DNA of 64,000 bases. Source: Octopus sinensis (taxonomy: Eukaryota). Below are positions 25,822 to 38,622 of the stretch, piece by piece. Made by a program: the position numbers and the translations under genes. The first letter of the stretch is position 1. Each line of letters starts with the position of its first letter. The stretch covers positions 30,318,001 to 30,382,000 of the forward strand of contig NC_043000.1 of assembly GCF_006345805.1 (NCBI RefSeq), read 5' to 3'. The notes beneath the pieces were generated by a model. That model saw only the letters and a program-made list of their open reading frames with translations. It was not told where the DNA came from and searched no databases.

Positions 25822-25850
25822 TTTAAGGCCATATTGTGTCCTCCATCGAT

Positions 25851-25935
25851 TCCACGGCCATATGGCGTAGTGGATAAGAGCGCGGGCTACTAACCCTAAG
25901 ATTTCGAGTTGGATTCCAAGCAGTGACCTGAACAC

Positions 25936-25982
<47 letters not shown>

Positions 25983-26172
25983 TAATAATAATAATAAACA
26001 TCGTAAAATACTTTAGGAATGAGAACCCAGCTTCGAAATTTCCCCAAGACACCTGATGAAGGCAAGAGGGTATATCAGCCGAAATTTTGTGTTAACAACA
26101 AACAAGTTGAGGACAAATATCCGTCAAATGTAAATAATCTACATAATTCTTCATCTTTTAAATATAGAACTG
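25851..26172 (+). mobile_element. Complete family E copy: tRNA-like head + (TAA)n + hammerhead module
   Basis: A box TGGCGTAGTGG at 25863-25873, B-box-like GTTGGATTCC at 25908-25917, (TAA)n at 25936-25996 and HHR motif at 26048-26093. Confidence 0.88.
26048..26093 (+). ncRNA. Minimal type I hammerhead motif (core intact, stems II/III weakened)
   Basis: GACAC-CUGAUGA-A-GGCAA..CAGCC-GAAA-UUUU-GUGUU. Confidence 0.65.
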
Positions 26173-27018
26173 CACATGCATAGTATTGAAATACATTACA
26201 AAACTTTTTGAAGCAAAAATCCCCACATGGAAATTCTTATTCTGATTGGTACTTCCTTTCTCAACCTGAACAACACGGATCTCTTAGTATTCTTCTCACA
26301 GACCATGACTTATATAAGCAGTGTGTGTGCGCGTGTGTGTGTCTGTGCGCGCGTGTGTTACCTCTGCAGAAATCCTTCATGTTGGCGTCCATCTTCAAAT
26401 GATTTTCTCAGTAGTTTAGAGACGAAGTTTACTTCCTGAGGTTTGGTGTCATGTGATGATACATCGCTGCCTTATATGTTTAAACGAGTAGCAATAAATA
26501 TTGAGACACTCTTCAAATACGTGTGACCTAAACTAGACAAAATTAGGGCAATGGATATCACCTGATCCATCTTCGACAGCATCGCACTATTTAGTTAATC
26601 TCAAACCGCAACCTCCCATGTTTGCCAACAAATAACATAATACATGCTAAAAGAATCATTTGATCTACTCTGCCAAGTTCTTTATCTGAATCTCATAGAT
26701 AATAATAGAACATTAACATCACGTGTATATTGACTCTGTAACGTTATGTCTGATGTGAAAAGACCTTCAGCGAAATCCCGTTATGTATTAACTAGGGAAC
26801 ATATATTATGAAGATAAAACAACTAGAAAAATTTACCAAGAAGCAGATGGGCATATGCATGAATGGGATATCATCTTCTACACAAAAGAAGTCGTTTAAA
26901 CATGTTCTTTACTTTTTATGGACACGTACATACAAACACGCATACATATTTACTTAGATAACTACGTACACAAACATAAATATATAAATATAAAAATATA
27001 TATATGTATATGTGTATG

Positions 27019-27105
<87 letters not shown>

Positions 27106-27207
27106 ATATACCTATACATAAATAAATACATGCATACATAGATACATACATATATATATAAATATATATATCTAAATAAATAAATATATATATACATATA
27201 AATATAT

Positions 27208-27601
27208 ACTCTTTTATTTGTTTCAGTCATTTGACTGCGGCCATGCTGGAGCACCGCCTTCAGTCGAGCAACTCGACCCCGGGACTTATGCTTTGTAAGC
27301 CCAGTACTTATTCTATCGGTCTCTTTTGCCGGGGACGTAAACACACCAGCATCGGTTGTCAAGCAATGCTAGAGGGACAAACACAGACACACAAACACAT
27401 ACACGCACATACATATATATATATGTACATATATATACGACAGGCTTCTTTCAGTTTCCGTCTACCAAATCCACTCACAAGGCATTGGTCGGCCCGGGGC
27501 TATAGCAGAAGACACTTGCCCAAGTTGCCACGCAGTGGGACTGAACCCGGAACCATGTGGTTGGTAAGCAAGCTACTTACCACACAGCCACTCCTGCGCC
27601 T
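27208..27601 (-). mobile_element. SINE family A, full length, young-looking
   Basis: Head AGGCGCAGGAGTGGCTGTGTGGTAAG..GGGTTCAGTCCC, internal microsatellite, tail GGCGGTGCTCCAGCATGGCCGCAGTCAAATGACTGAAAC plus short tandem tail. Confidence 0.9.
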
Positions 27602-28257
27602 GGGAACACTATATATATATATATACCGTACGTTAACAGGAGGGAAACCCAGTCGCTAACATCCAGTGTAGTACATTTGGCATAGTAAATTTAGAACTAT
27701 TTCCTCTAAAGTTTACAGCCGTTTCCAACGAAAATATTACCAAGTGTTATAATAAATTCTATCGTGGTATTCGACGTTCCAGTGTACATAATTTTATATA
27801 ATACTTATACAGAAAATAATGCACCTATTTCGGTGCGAATTAAGTTCATTTTTTATGTATCATACACCATGCGTGAATAACACTATGAAATATATGATAC
27901 ACAGTTGGTTATGCATGTACGAAGGGACGTTATTTTAAAATGAGTGCGAACATAAGTTTATTAAAGATATAGATATGAACACTTTTACATAATTTATTAC
28001 TAACGCACGATGTTAATATCAAGTTGTACTTATCGAATGACTATTTTCTAAAGTGGGTACACCATTCTCAACTTGTTTAACATAAGCTTTAAAAGTCGTT
28101 GTACGATTCTGTTTTGCGTGTGTGTGTGACTGCGAAATTTATGGAAACCATTTGGAACTAAAAGTTTACGTATTGGTACTCTACCTTTGGAAATGGTTGT
28201 TCATTTTTATTTTTATTTTTGAAGCTGTAGCAGTCACACTAATTATTATTATTATTA

Positions 28258-28292
<35 letters not shown>

Positions 28293-28315
28293 TTATTATT
28301 ATTATTATTATTATT

Positions 28316-28905
28316 GCCTTTGCACAGCTTCTAACGCTGAAGATGTACTACGGTGGCAGCTGTTCACTACCAGTGAACTAGAGTAACACTTATTTTTCGA
28401 GCACCTTCCGGAGTATACGAACGGTTCCAAGCAGTGCTGTTTTCTGCAAGTGCACCACCCTTATTGCAGCCCTTATTTTTTCCATGTACTTCTCGAGATT
28501 TTTACTCACTGTTTCCAGAGCTGCGACAATGATTGGTACTGCTACCCCCTTTTTCATCGATAACAACGGCTTAACTTCCCAAGCTAACATGTCATATCTA
28601 TCGACTTACTTTCTTCCTTATTGCATACCTTGTTGTAAGCTAGGCATGCTATGCCTATGATCCAGCATAGTTTGTTTTCTTTCTCAATTAACACTATGTC
28701 TGGCGTTCTATTCTCTATCTTATGGTCGCACTGAATCATAAAACCCAATAGGATCTTTGCAATTCTATTTTTGACAATGCCTTCAGGTTTGTGGTCGTAC
28801 CAATATTTTGCTCTGTCAAGTCCATACTTGTTGCAAAGTTTCCAATGGACAAGCCGTGCTATATTGTCGTCGCGTCTCTTATATTCGTTCTGGGCTAGTG
28901 GCGTA
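28316..28905 (-). mobile_element. 3' fragment of a second R4/Dong-like element with (TAA)n tail
   Basis: PLAQNEYKRRDDNIARLVHWKLC..YDHKPE..RTPDIV..PIIVAALETV..LQKTALLGTVRILRKVLEK*. Tail (ATT)n at 28240-28315. Confidence 0.85.
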
Positions 28906-29054
28906 GTAATGGGTACTGGAATTTTATATTCTACTTACTGAACATTTACAGTCCGTAGGTAAATCCTTTTTATTTTCTAAACCGAATACCTTTAAGCACT
29001 AGTTAAAAAAAACTTCTCCAGATGTAACAGGAATATATTCTCATATATAATGAG

Positions 29055-29200
29055 GTTATGTGTCAGCAGAATCGATCGCACGCCGAGCAAAACACTTCGT
29101 GGCATTTCGTATGCCGCGGTTGACTTTGACTTTCGTCCCTTTCAGGGTCGATGTAATAAGTACCAGTGGAGCAATGGAGTCGATGTCAAAATTACGAAAC
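29055..29200 (+). mobile_element. SINE family C fragment
   Basis: GCAGAATCG..GCACGCCG..GACTTTGACTTTCGTCCCTTTCAGGGTCGAT..AAGTACCAG. Confidence 0.65.
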
Positions 29201-29250
29201 CAAACATGTCAAGTTGAACTTATATCTATATTTGTTTATGTATTTAAGTG

Positions 29251-29314
<64 letters not shown>

Positions 29315-30964
29315 TGTATGTATGTATATTCCAATATATATATTTTTGATTTCTCATAACAAACGAATATCTACTGATTGTTGAACAAACGGATCTAGAA
29401 TACGCAAATTATTTCACTGATATCGATAGAATATTACACGTGACTCCTCCAACATAGGATATTTTTTATTCATGTACATCGGAATCTTTTTTTCCTGTAA
29501 AATGCAAATAAATAAAAGAAACAATATTTATCGAAATCAGCTTCCAGATATATAAAATTATATTTTTCACACCTTTTAAGTTGATAAACCAAAATCTGTA
29601 CAACAATTACTGAAGCATATATATATATACAGTGCCATATACATTTAGCAAGATGAAATTGTTCGCCTTTGATGTTGCCAACATTTTCGACTCGCAAAGT
29701 TTTTAATTGATGTAAAATCAATATAAATTCCACCAGATGTTCAAATTACTTTAATACAATATTATTCAATTTATTTTGAGGAGGGAAAATTATTGCTGTT
29801 GTTGTTGTTGTTATTACTATTATTATTATTATTATTATTATTATTTATATTATTATTATTATATGGATGCATATAATTTATCGTGTTTGAATGCCAATTA
29901 GCAGACGCCGGAAAACTTGTTTATTTTTTACAGAGACACACATGCATAGTCTCTCAGAGCGATGTTCAGTTTGAAGATCAAAGTTATATATTGTTAAATT
30001 CCCAGGAGAGAAAAACTAAGCTCAACGCCGTAGAATAATTAACTACGCAGAATATATTTTTGCTCCATCTTCCAAAACAAATATCACTTAACAAAACATT
30101 ATTTTTATTTCGATCTGTTTTGAAATTAACGAAATGCACATCGGCTGGATATATTCTCAGAATATTTCAAAATATACATAGAAAATGTTTTTTTCTCATT
30201 CGCTAATGAAACAAGAGTGATGCATTTTTTTTTTCTAAATATACAATTATTTTCTTTATATTTTTCAAAGCTTCAAGAAATAAAATGTTTTTTTACAGTA
30301 ATTTTGCATTGCATTGCTCGAAAATATAGTTATTTTAAATCACTGCTATGATTTCAAATTAAAAAGAAACAAGTTGATAAACAACCGATAAAATATGTGG
30401 TGTATTTCTAAGTTCGTAACAAGTCCCACTACGAAGTATAAATTTGAAATCAATGTAAGAGTGTTTTGCTTGGTTATTATATACTTTTATATAATTCCTT
30501 GAATATTTCTTATGTCTCTTTCACCTTTAGAATCGAGATATCGTCAATCATCGACAACATTCCAATATTGCTAAAATATAACAACAATAAATAAATAAAA
30601 TATAACAACAATAAAACAATAAATAAAGGAATAAAAAAAGACTAAATCGAAATCATTAATGTCGCTAGGTAGAGGTTTGACCTTTTCGCTGTGCATGTTG
30701 TTGCTCTAAACCCATCATAAGTTCCATACATAGTACTGTGTTTCTTGATTTCATTTTTCCTCAACCACTGACATTATTAAACATTGTAACATAAACGTGT
30801 AAACATACACAAACAGTAGGACATACCTCCCCCCAACATACACGAATATATATGTATGCAACCACATTGCTTCACACTTTCGTTTATTCATATGAGTGTG
30901 GAAGTGGGAACATAGATAGGTAGTTATAGCTATATAGGAATGCATATATGTGTGTGTGTGTATC

Positions 30965-30995
<31 letters not shown>

Positions 30996-31015
30996 ATATA
31001 TATGTATATATATAG

Positions 31016-31046
<31 letters not shown>

Positions 31047-31335
31047 ATGTATAAATATACATATAGGTACATATATATATGTACATATAGGTATATATAT
31101 ATATATGTATAAACATACATATAGGTACATATATATATGTACATATATGTATATATATATATGTATAAACATACATATAGGTACATATATATATGTACAT
31201 ATAGGTATATATATATATATATATATATAGGTATATATTTATATATATATATGTATATATATGTATGTATATGTATATATGTTTGTATGTATGTGTGTGT
31301 GTGTATGTACATAGATGTTTGCATTTATTTGTATG

Positions 31336-31369
<34 letters not shown>

Positions 31370-32010
31370 TGTATGTATGTATGTATGTATGTATGTATGT
31401 ATGTATGTATGTGTGTGTGTGTATGTACATAGATGTTTGCATTTATTAGATTTGTATGTTTGCACAAGTACTTTTATTTTTGTTGCTGTTTAATTTAATA
31501 TTCGTGGGAAATATCATTTGTATGTAAAAGAAACAGAAAAACGAAAAAAAATACTGACGAAATGCAGAAATGTTGTAGTAAACCCTTTTAACAATAAATA
31601 AACTCTGACATTTAAATTTCCAATGGAAATATTTTTACCAAATTTCGGAATATTCTTCGTTAGAATATATGATATAACAAAGTAAATAAAACATTTCCTC
31701 GTCTGTTAACGTGCCTACAACAAATTGCTATATTATCTCGTATTAAAATTATCTCACTGAAAACAAGATGTTTCTGATCATCTTTGGTCATACTTGAGTA
31801 TTGAACAAATCTACTCCATAGGCCATTTTAAACGCTAAGTGTTTAGCATATAGCTTCGTTGTTTTGCTAAGTAATATAACTAATTATAAGCTGGTTTAGC
31901 CATAATAACCGTGAAGGACCCTTTGACAATTAATAAAAGGCAGTTTTATGTTGAATGTTGTTTGAGGTAAAGCCGCTTTCATTCCTCATATCATTTTATA
32001 ATTACACTTT

Positions 32011-32417
32011 CTCTTTTACTCTTTTACTTGTTTCAGTCATTTGACTGCAGCCATGCTGGAGCGCCGCTTTTTGTCGAGCAAATCGACTCCAGGACTTATT
32101 CTTTGTAAGCCTAGTACTTATTCTATCTATCTCTTTTGCCGAATCGCTAAGTTACGGAGACGTAAACACACCAAAATCGAGTGTCAAGCGATATTGGGGG
32201 GGGGGGACAAATACAGACATACAAACACACACAAGAATATATATACATATATACGACGGGCTTCTTTCATGTTCCGTCTACCAAATCCACACACAAGGCT
32301 TTAGTCGGCCCGCGGCTATAGTAGAAGACACTTGCCCAACGTGCCACATAGTGGGACTGAACCCGGAACCATGTGGTTCGTAAGCAAGCTACTTACCACA
32401 CAACTACCCCTACGCCT
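32011..32417 (-). mobile_element. SINE family A, full length
   Basis: Collinear with 27208-27601; (CTCTTTTA)n tail. Confidence 0.9.
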
Positions 32418-33298
32418 TAAAGAAAACAATGGTTACCGATAGACATTAAACATTTAAAATACGGAATAGAAGAGTTAAGAAGCGATATGTTTATACACTG
32501 GCCAGTTATCTGTTAGAAAGTCATTCACTATATTTTGTCATGGAGGAGATTTCTCACTGTAGATAAATAGGAGTAAATACGCGATATCAGTTCGAAGCCC
32601 CCTTTAACCAGAACAATCGATGCATACATTTCAGAGGGTATTCTTATTTCAGTATCAGTTACCAGAAAGGGGAACACTATGATCTGACTGGAGATGATGA
32701 ATATCTAATATCAAATTCCGGTCGACGTACTGTAACGAGTTACGTCAAACGCTGGCTCACATGAAATTAAATACAGAACAGAATTGCTAAGTAGTGATGC
32801 ATATAAATACAAGCTAGTTACTGGTTGACATATGATTGGAGCTTATTCAAAACCATAAGAAATCCATTCACTCTATGTTGTGGTGGAGAAAGTTTCTCGC
32901 TGCAGAAGAATGGGCGTCAATACACTGACACAGCTCACTACGCTCACCTATCCGTGTTGATGGATGCATGCAATTCGGAGAGGTTATTTCCTCTTCTCCA
33001 TCAGATACCGCGAAGAGAAACGCCACGAACTGCCAAGAATCGCTATCTCTCATTATTTTTCCATCGTCTTGCTCTGACTGGTTGCCCTAACCGGCTCTTC
33101 AAGTGAATATTTGATATGAAATCCCCATCATGGCAAAATATTGGTGTAATAGTTTTAGTTAGAGGAAAACAGAGTTGTAATTAAGTAATTGACTTGTAGC
33201 CTGCTAGTTTTGGCTTCTCTGCTACGACGCAACGTTTTGGAAAAGTGAATTTTATGTATAGGTGGTATATCACAAACACACACATACACACACAGCAA

Positions 33299-33353
<55 letters not shown>

Positions 33354-33375
33354 CTGTGTGTGTATGTGTGTGTTT

Positions 33376-33446
<71 letters not shown>

Positions 33447-33492
33447 ATATATATATATATATTTATATATGCATATATATATATATATATTA

Positions 33493-33670
33493 TGAGAATT
33501 TACAAAAAATAAACAAAAGACGAAACAACAAACAGATGTATTAGGTTAACACTCGGGAAGTGAGAAAGTCTTTTACGTTTCGAGCCTACTCTCTACAACA
33601 GAAAGGAACACAGAAATAAACAGGAAGAGAAAATAAAAAAGGTTTTGTAGCTAGCCTTCTATCATGGCGA
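33493..33670 (-). mobile_element. (TA)n-embedded 180-bp element (family F) with hammerhead-like motif
   Basis: Full-length homology to 42088-42280; HHR-like motif at 33569-33606 (-). Confidence 0.8.
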
Positions 33671-34099
33671 ATATATATATGAAGATAGATAGATAGAGAG
33701 ATATAGATATATATACACATACATGTGCGTACTTATGTATTTGTGTGTGCATGCGTGTGTGTATCTGTGCATTCAACTTAGAGAATATTTTAAAAATATG
33801 TCTCTCTTGAGTTGCTTTCTTTTTATGAACGTTACCTATTATATATACATACATACATACGCAAGTCTGTCTTTATGTATGTATGCATAGGTATATATGT
33901 ATATCTATTTACATACGCACACACATAAATATATTTAAGTGTATTTTGAACACACAAGGTAAATATTTCTAATGAATATTTTATATATGAAAATAATGCA
34001 CCTCATTACGTTTACACATAGCAAATGCCTTCCTATAACATGTTCAATGAAAAATATTAATGTATGTACGTATTATGTATTTATGTATGCATTATACAT

Positions 34100-34175
<76 letters not shown>

Positions 34176-35040
34176 TTTACATTTATATCCATATATATTA
34201 TATATATATATATGAATATTCATATCCATACACACACACACAATATATATATATATATATATAAATATATATATACAAATATATATATATACATATACAT
34301 ATATATTTATATTTATATTTGTATTTATATATGCGTGTGTGTAGATTGCCTACATCGTCATGAAGTCGAGCATCAGGCTACGACTCCTTATGTCAAAAGG
34401 TAACTGGAAATCGATAAAATGGTAGACGCAGATTCATAAAGGGGTCGATACAATCGAGTAAAAAAACAACTAGAAATCGATGGCTTGGCATCCCTGCTGT
34501 CCAATGATTGAAACCAATAAAAGAGAGTCGATGGATTATTTTCAATTAAACTTTCATGAAGCAGACACCCAGCCGTACTCATTTATTCCCTATAAATCAC
34601 AATATTGTTGCACAATTCAGACAGCAGCTGTAGCAGCCTTTGAATATTTTCTACCTCATGTATCTAAAATATTTTGTTTGTTGAATTAGTCAGTTGATTT
34701 CTAATGAAAATATTGAGGATTCCTGTCGGGAATCAATACCCTTTCATGTGCTGATTGATTTTTTCTGTATTTGAAGTTTGTCATTTATCCTTCCATTTTG
34801 AAATTGAGTTGGAATAGTAATTTCTGCAAGTTTTCCTGCTGAGCATGTGTCTTTACAACAGTTCCCCGCTGATAGTCAGTATTCTATGTGTGTAAATAAA
34901 ACCGTTATTTAAAGTTTGTGTGAGGTTTCGGTTACAGAACGTAAACAATACTAACCAGCGGACTCGGTCATAAGAATTCATACTACAAAGAATATAAAAG
35001 GAATGAGTGAGAATGTATAAAGCGTATTTCTGAGCTTCTG

Positions 35041-35248
35041 GAGGCGCATGCGTGGCTGTCTGGTAAGAAGCTTGATTCCGAACCACATGGCGCTGGGTTC
35101 AGTACCACTACGTGACACCTAGCGTGTGTGACTTCTGGTATATCCCTGGGCCAATCAAAGCCTCGTCAGTGGATATGTGTAACAGAATCTGAAAGGAGAA
35201 CGTCATTCATATATACACATGTGTGCGTTTGTGTATGCGTGTGTATAC

Positions 35249-35286
<38 letters not shown>

Positions 35287-35811
35287 TTGTATACATACAT
35301 GTATAAATACAGGCACACAAACATTTATATATATATGTGTGTGTGTGTGTGTGTACATACATACTCGTACATTTAGTGCATATTGAAACTTTCTGATTGT
35401 TGTCCACATACATACATATACACACACATATACATACACACACACACAGACATAGGATGGGACCACGGGCTATACGTCTCCTGCCCAATTCAGGATCACA
35501 ACATATAGGTAAACTGCGTCAGTTTCTTTTCCTCAACAGGCCCTGTCCTGTTTAACATTGTCCCAAAACTGATCAAAGAGGAAAAGGATGCCATCACATT
35601 TAAACGGAGTCTGGACAGATTTCTTCAAGGAATACCAGATAGGCCACCTATACCTTGATGCAACTCACTCAACAAGAACTCACTTGTTGTATGGACCATA
35701 ATTCCACAGAACTTGACTTAAAAAGGATTTAGATAATCCTATCAGGTGGTGCTTTTAAGTTAGACATGGCCTGGACCAATCTTTGGTCGAAACATGTCTA
35801 AGTTTGTCGAA

Positions 35812-35877
<66 letters not shown>

Positions 35878-36170
35878 ATATGTGTATTGTGTGTGTGTGT
35901 GTGTGTATGTGTGTGTGTGCATGCCTTTGCGATGCGTATCTTTATGTCTGTGTTGTTCCCATCCAAAGCTTGTGGAGTGGTGTTGGTGCGTTGACGTTCT
36001 CGTAATTTAGCTGTTCGACAAAAAAGAAAGAATAAGGCGATACTGTAAGCACCAGTCTAAATTTTTAAAAATCCTCAGGTTGACTCGTTCGAATAAAAAT
36101 TCTTGAGCTTATGTGTTGCCCCAGCATGGCCTCCGTGATATGACCAAAAAAGATGAAAAATAAAAGAAAT
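35041..36170 (+). mobile_element. SINE family A split by a nested CR1-like fragment
   Basis: Head at 35041-35210, tail at about 35940-36170, insert between microsatellites. Confidence 0.65.
35470..35815 (+). mobile_element. 3' end of a CR1/L2-group LINE
   Basis: STGPVLFNIVPKLIKEEKDAITFKRSLDRFLQGIPDRPPIP*..NSLVVW. 3' UTR shared with 61975-62300. Confidence 0.75.
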
Positions 36171-36210
36171 GCAAAACCTTTTCAATCTCGATTACGTCAA
36201 AGACTGGAAG

Positions 36211-36460
36211 GCAGGCGATAGATGGGTTAGTATGAGTGAGGTTTTGGTTTCAATTCTCGGAGTAGACGGCAGTTATGTCCCTGAGCAAGATACTTCATTT
36301 TATATCTCATCTAAAGATGAGTGTGTATGATATCTGTAGGTTAGCCCGTCGACAAGCTTGCCTGCCGTCCAGATGGCTGGGACCCCACATTGTTATCTTA
36401 AACGCTTTGGATACCTAGATAAGTTCCATCTAGCCTCATGGTATCTTTAGGTATCTCTAC
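36211..36460 (+). mobile_element. Old tRNA-derived SINE fragment
   Basis: GGTTTCAATTCT B-box-like motif followed by GTCCCTGAGCAAGATACTTCATTT, resembling the family D core. Confidence 0.5.
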
Positions 36461-36959
36461 TGAGAATGGTGAACCAATTGCAGGAGGACGTGATCTTGTA
36501 ATCATCGTGATGACGCCTCTACTAGAGGTAATGTTTCTATAATCTTTCAGCTAAGAATATATTTACGATAAAGTACATTGAAATTTAGTGAAATTTTTTT
36601 ATGACACTATACACATGATTATCTCCGCTATCGCTTATTCTATCGATCCGTTCGATTTTAGTGGATAGTATTCATAATATATATTACTGTATGGCCCACG
36701 GTGTTATATATAACCTTATGCAAATGGCATTTCCCATCTATAAAAACATAAAGCAAAAAAGAAATTCAAGTCAATATTAAATCGTTTGTCTTTTAATCTG
36801 TTATTTGATGCATCCCTTAGACTGCGGCTGTTACTGATGCACCGGCTCGAAGGGTTCCATTGCGCGTTTGTTTTCTTTTGTTAAGTCATGGGATGTAAAC
36901 AAACCAACACCCGTTGTTAAGTGGTGGTGAGGGCCAATAAAAACAAACAACAGGTAGTT

Positions 36960-36992
<33 letters not shown>

Positions 36993-37316
36993 GGGACAGA
37001 GCACAAACCAAAAGGTTGTATAACAACCATCTGAACATCACAGCCGTAAATAATCGAAAAAAAAACCCACGAAGCACTAAGAAGTATATAATTTGAAGAA
37101 AGTATATAATTTGAAGAAAGCACAAAAAATATATCAATTTCCTTGCTCTGCCTAAGAATCGTATTCGTTGTCTGAATATCATTGTCTCTTGTGAGTCCTG
37201 TTCTAAAAAAAATGACCTTTGAACAATAAGCGTCGAAACTGTCTGAAAATAGTCGCATCTGTTTCGATTTATCTATTTTCTTAATCTATCAATAGCTATC
37301 ATTGTTGTCGATTGAC

Positions 37317-37366
<50 letters not shown>

Positions 37367-37396
37367 ATATATATATATAATATATATATGTATGTA

Positions 37397-37474
<78 letters not shown>

Positions 37475-38563
37475 ATGTATGTATATAAAATATTGCATTT
37501 CATAACAGATTTAAGAAGAACTTTGACATTTATATTTTTAAGAAAACTTTTCCTGAACAAAAACTTTTTTTCTTTGTATTTCGGTAAAAGTTTTCAGTTT
37601 TTTCTTTATCGTACATCCTTCCGACACATTTTCTTTAGTGTATTCAATGTGCACACAATGTAATCTATCCCAATGTCCATAATAATCATCATTTTGATCA
37701 TCAATAAAAACGCTTTTTATTTAAAGCGGAAAAGCACAACAAATCATTTACCAAACTTTGTTTTTAATATTTTTCATTGAAATTACTTTCGTTTTGGATT
37801 TGCGATTACGTCTTCTACTAAAGATAAATGTCCTGTTGGCCGTAATTTGGAAGCATCGTTGGACTGTGCTGGGCACATCCTAAAATATGTTTTCTAAAGA
37901 TTTGGGAACTTGAAGTAAATATAATACATTCTGTATTTCAAACATGAGAGGGATGGATAATGTGTACAATCTTAAACGGTTACGCTTGAGAATCCAGCAG
38001 GGATGCTTAATAGCGTTTGCATCAGATATGATCCTATGAAGAGATTTGACTAAGGAAGCTACCAACATCAACACCCAAATGATAGTAGGCAGCAAAAAGG
38101 GTTAGGCGGATGGATCATAAAATATCTGGTTACAATTTACTTTTGATGAAATTTGTTATTTAAAAATATTTTAGTGTTGAGAATTTGTGATAATTTTTAA
38201 AGTATTAATTTGAGGGTGAAAATTTAAGGCAAATACAGACTATGTAAAATGCATATAGTTATCTTGTATTATTAATCAGACAAAAAAAGACCGAATACAA
38301 GAAGATATTTGCAGGAGAGTAGCAATGCAGAAAAATTGCAATAAGTTTTATATTCTCGGATTGTTGAGCAAACGAAATTTGTATATATATATATATATAT
38401 ATATACAATTAAAAATGAGGGTGTCTGAGAGACACCACCATGCCGAAATAGCAGAACTGGCCGTGTGAATACGTACATATGTATGTATGTATGGACGTTC
38501 GTATATGTAAGTATATCGTTTGTTCTGCATATATATATATCTGTATTTATGTACTCTTGATAT

Positions 38564-38622
38564 ATTCAACCGATGACGGTAAAGCTTATTTAAAGCAAAA
38601 CCAGAAATCCTGGATCTTGAAT
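38564..38622 (+). ncRNA. Type I hammerhead motif with a single core substitution (U4C)
   Basis: AUUCAA-CCGAUGA-C-GGU..ACC-A-GAAA-UC(CUG)GA-UC-UUGAAU: 6-bp stem I, 3-bp stem III, AUC cleavage triplet. Confidence 0.7.

Noticed and set aside
26440-26900. Faint resemblance to CR1-type RT thumb region
   Set aside because: Similarity too weak and fragmentary to support a call.
31554-31585. CTGACGA..GAAA hit
   Set aside because: The 6-nt spacer cannot form stem II and there is no stem I.
32730-33230. Possible solo LTR starting TGTAACG with a TATA-like motif
   Set aside because: No matching CA end with TSD, no PBS/PPT and no second copy in the window.
35708-35810. GAAAC-AU-GUC with upstream hairpins read as a hammerhead
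   Set aside because: No CUGANGA adjacent to the stem before GAAA, and the second copy (62250-62300) lacks the cleavage triplet; better explained as a LINE 3' UTR.
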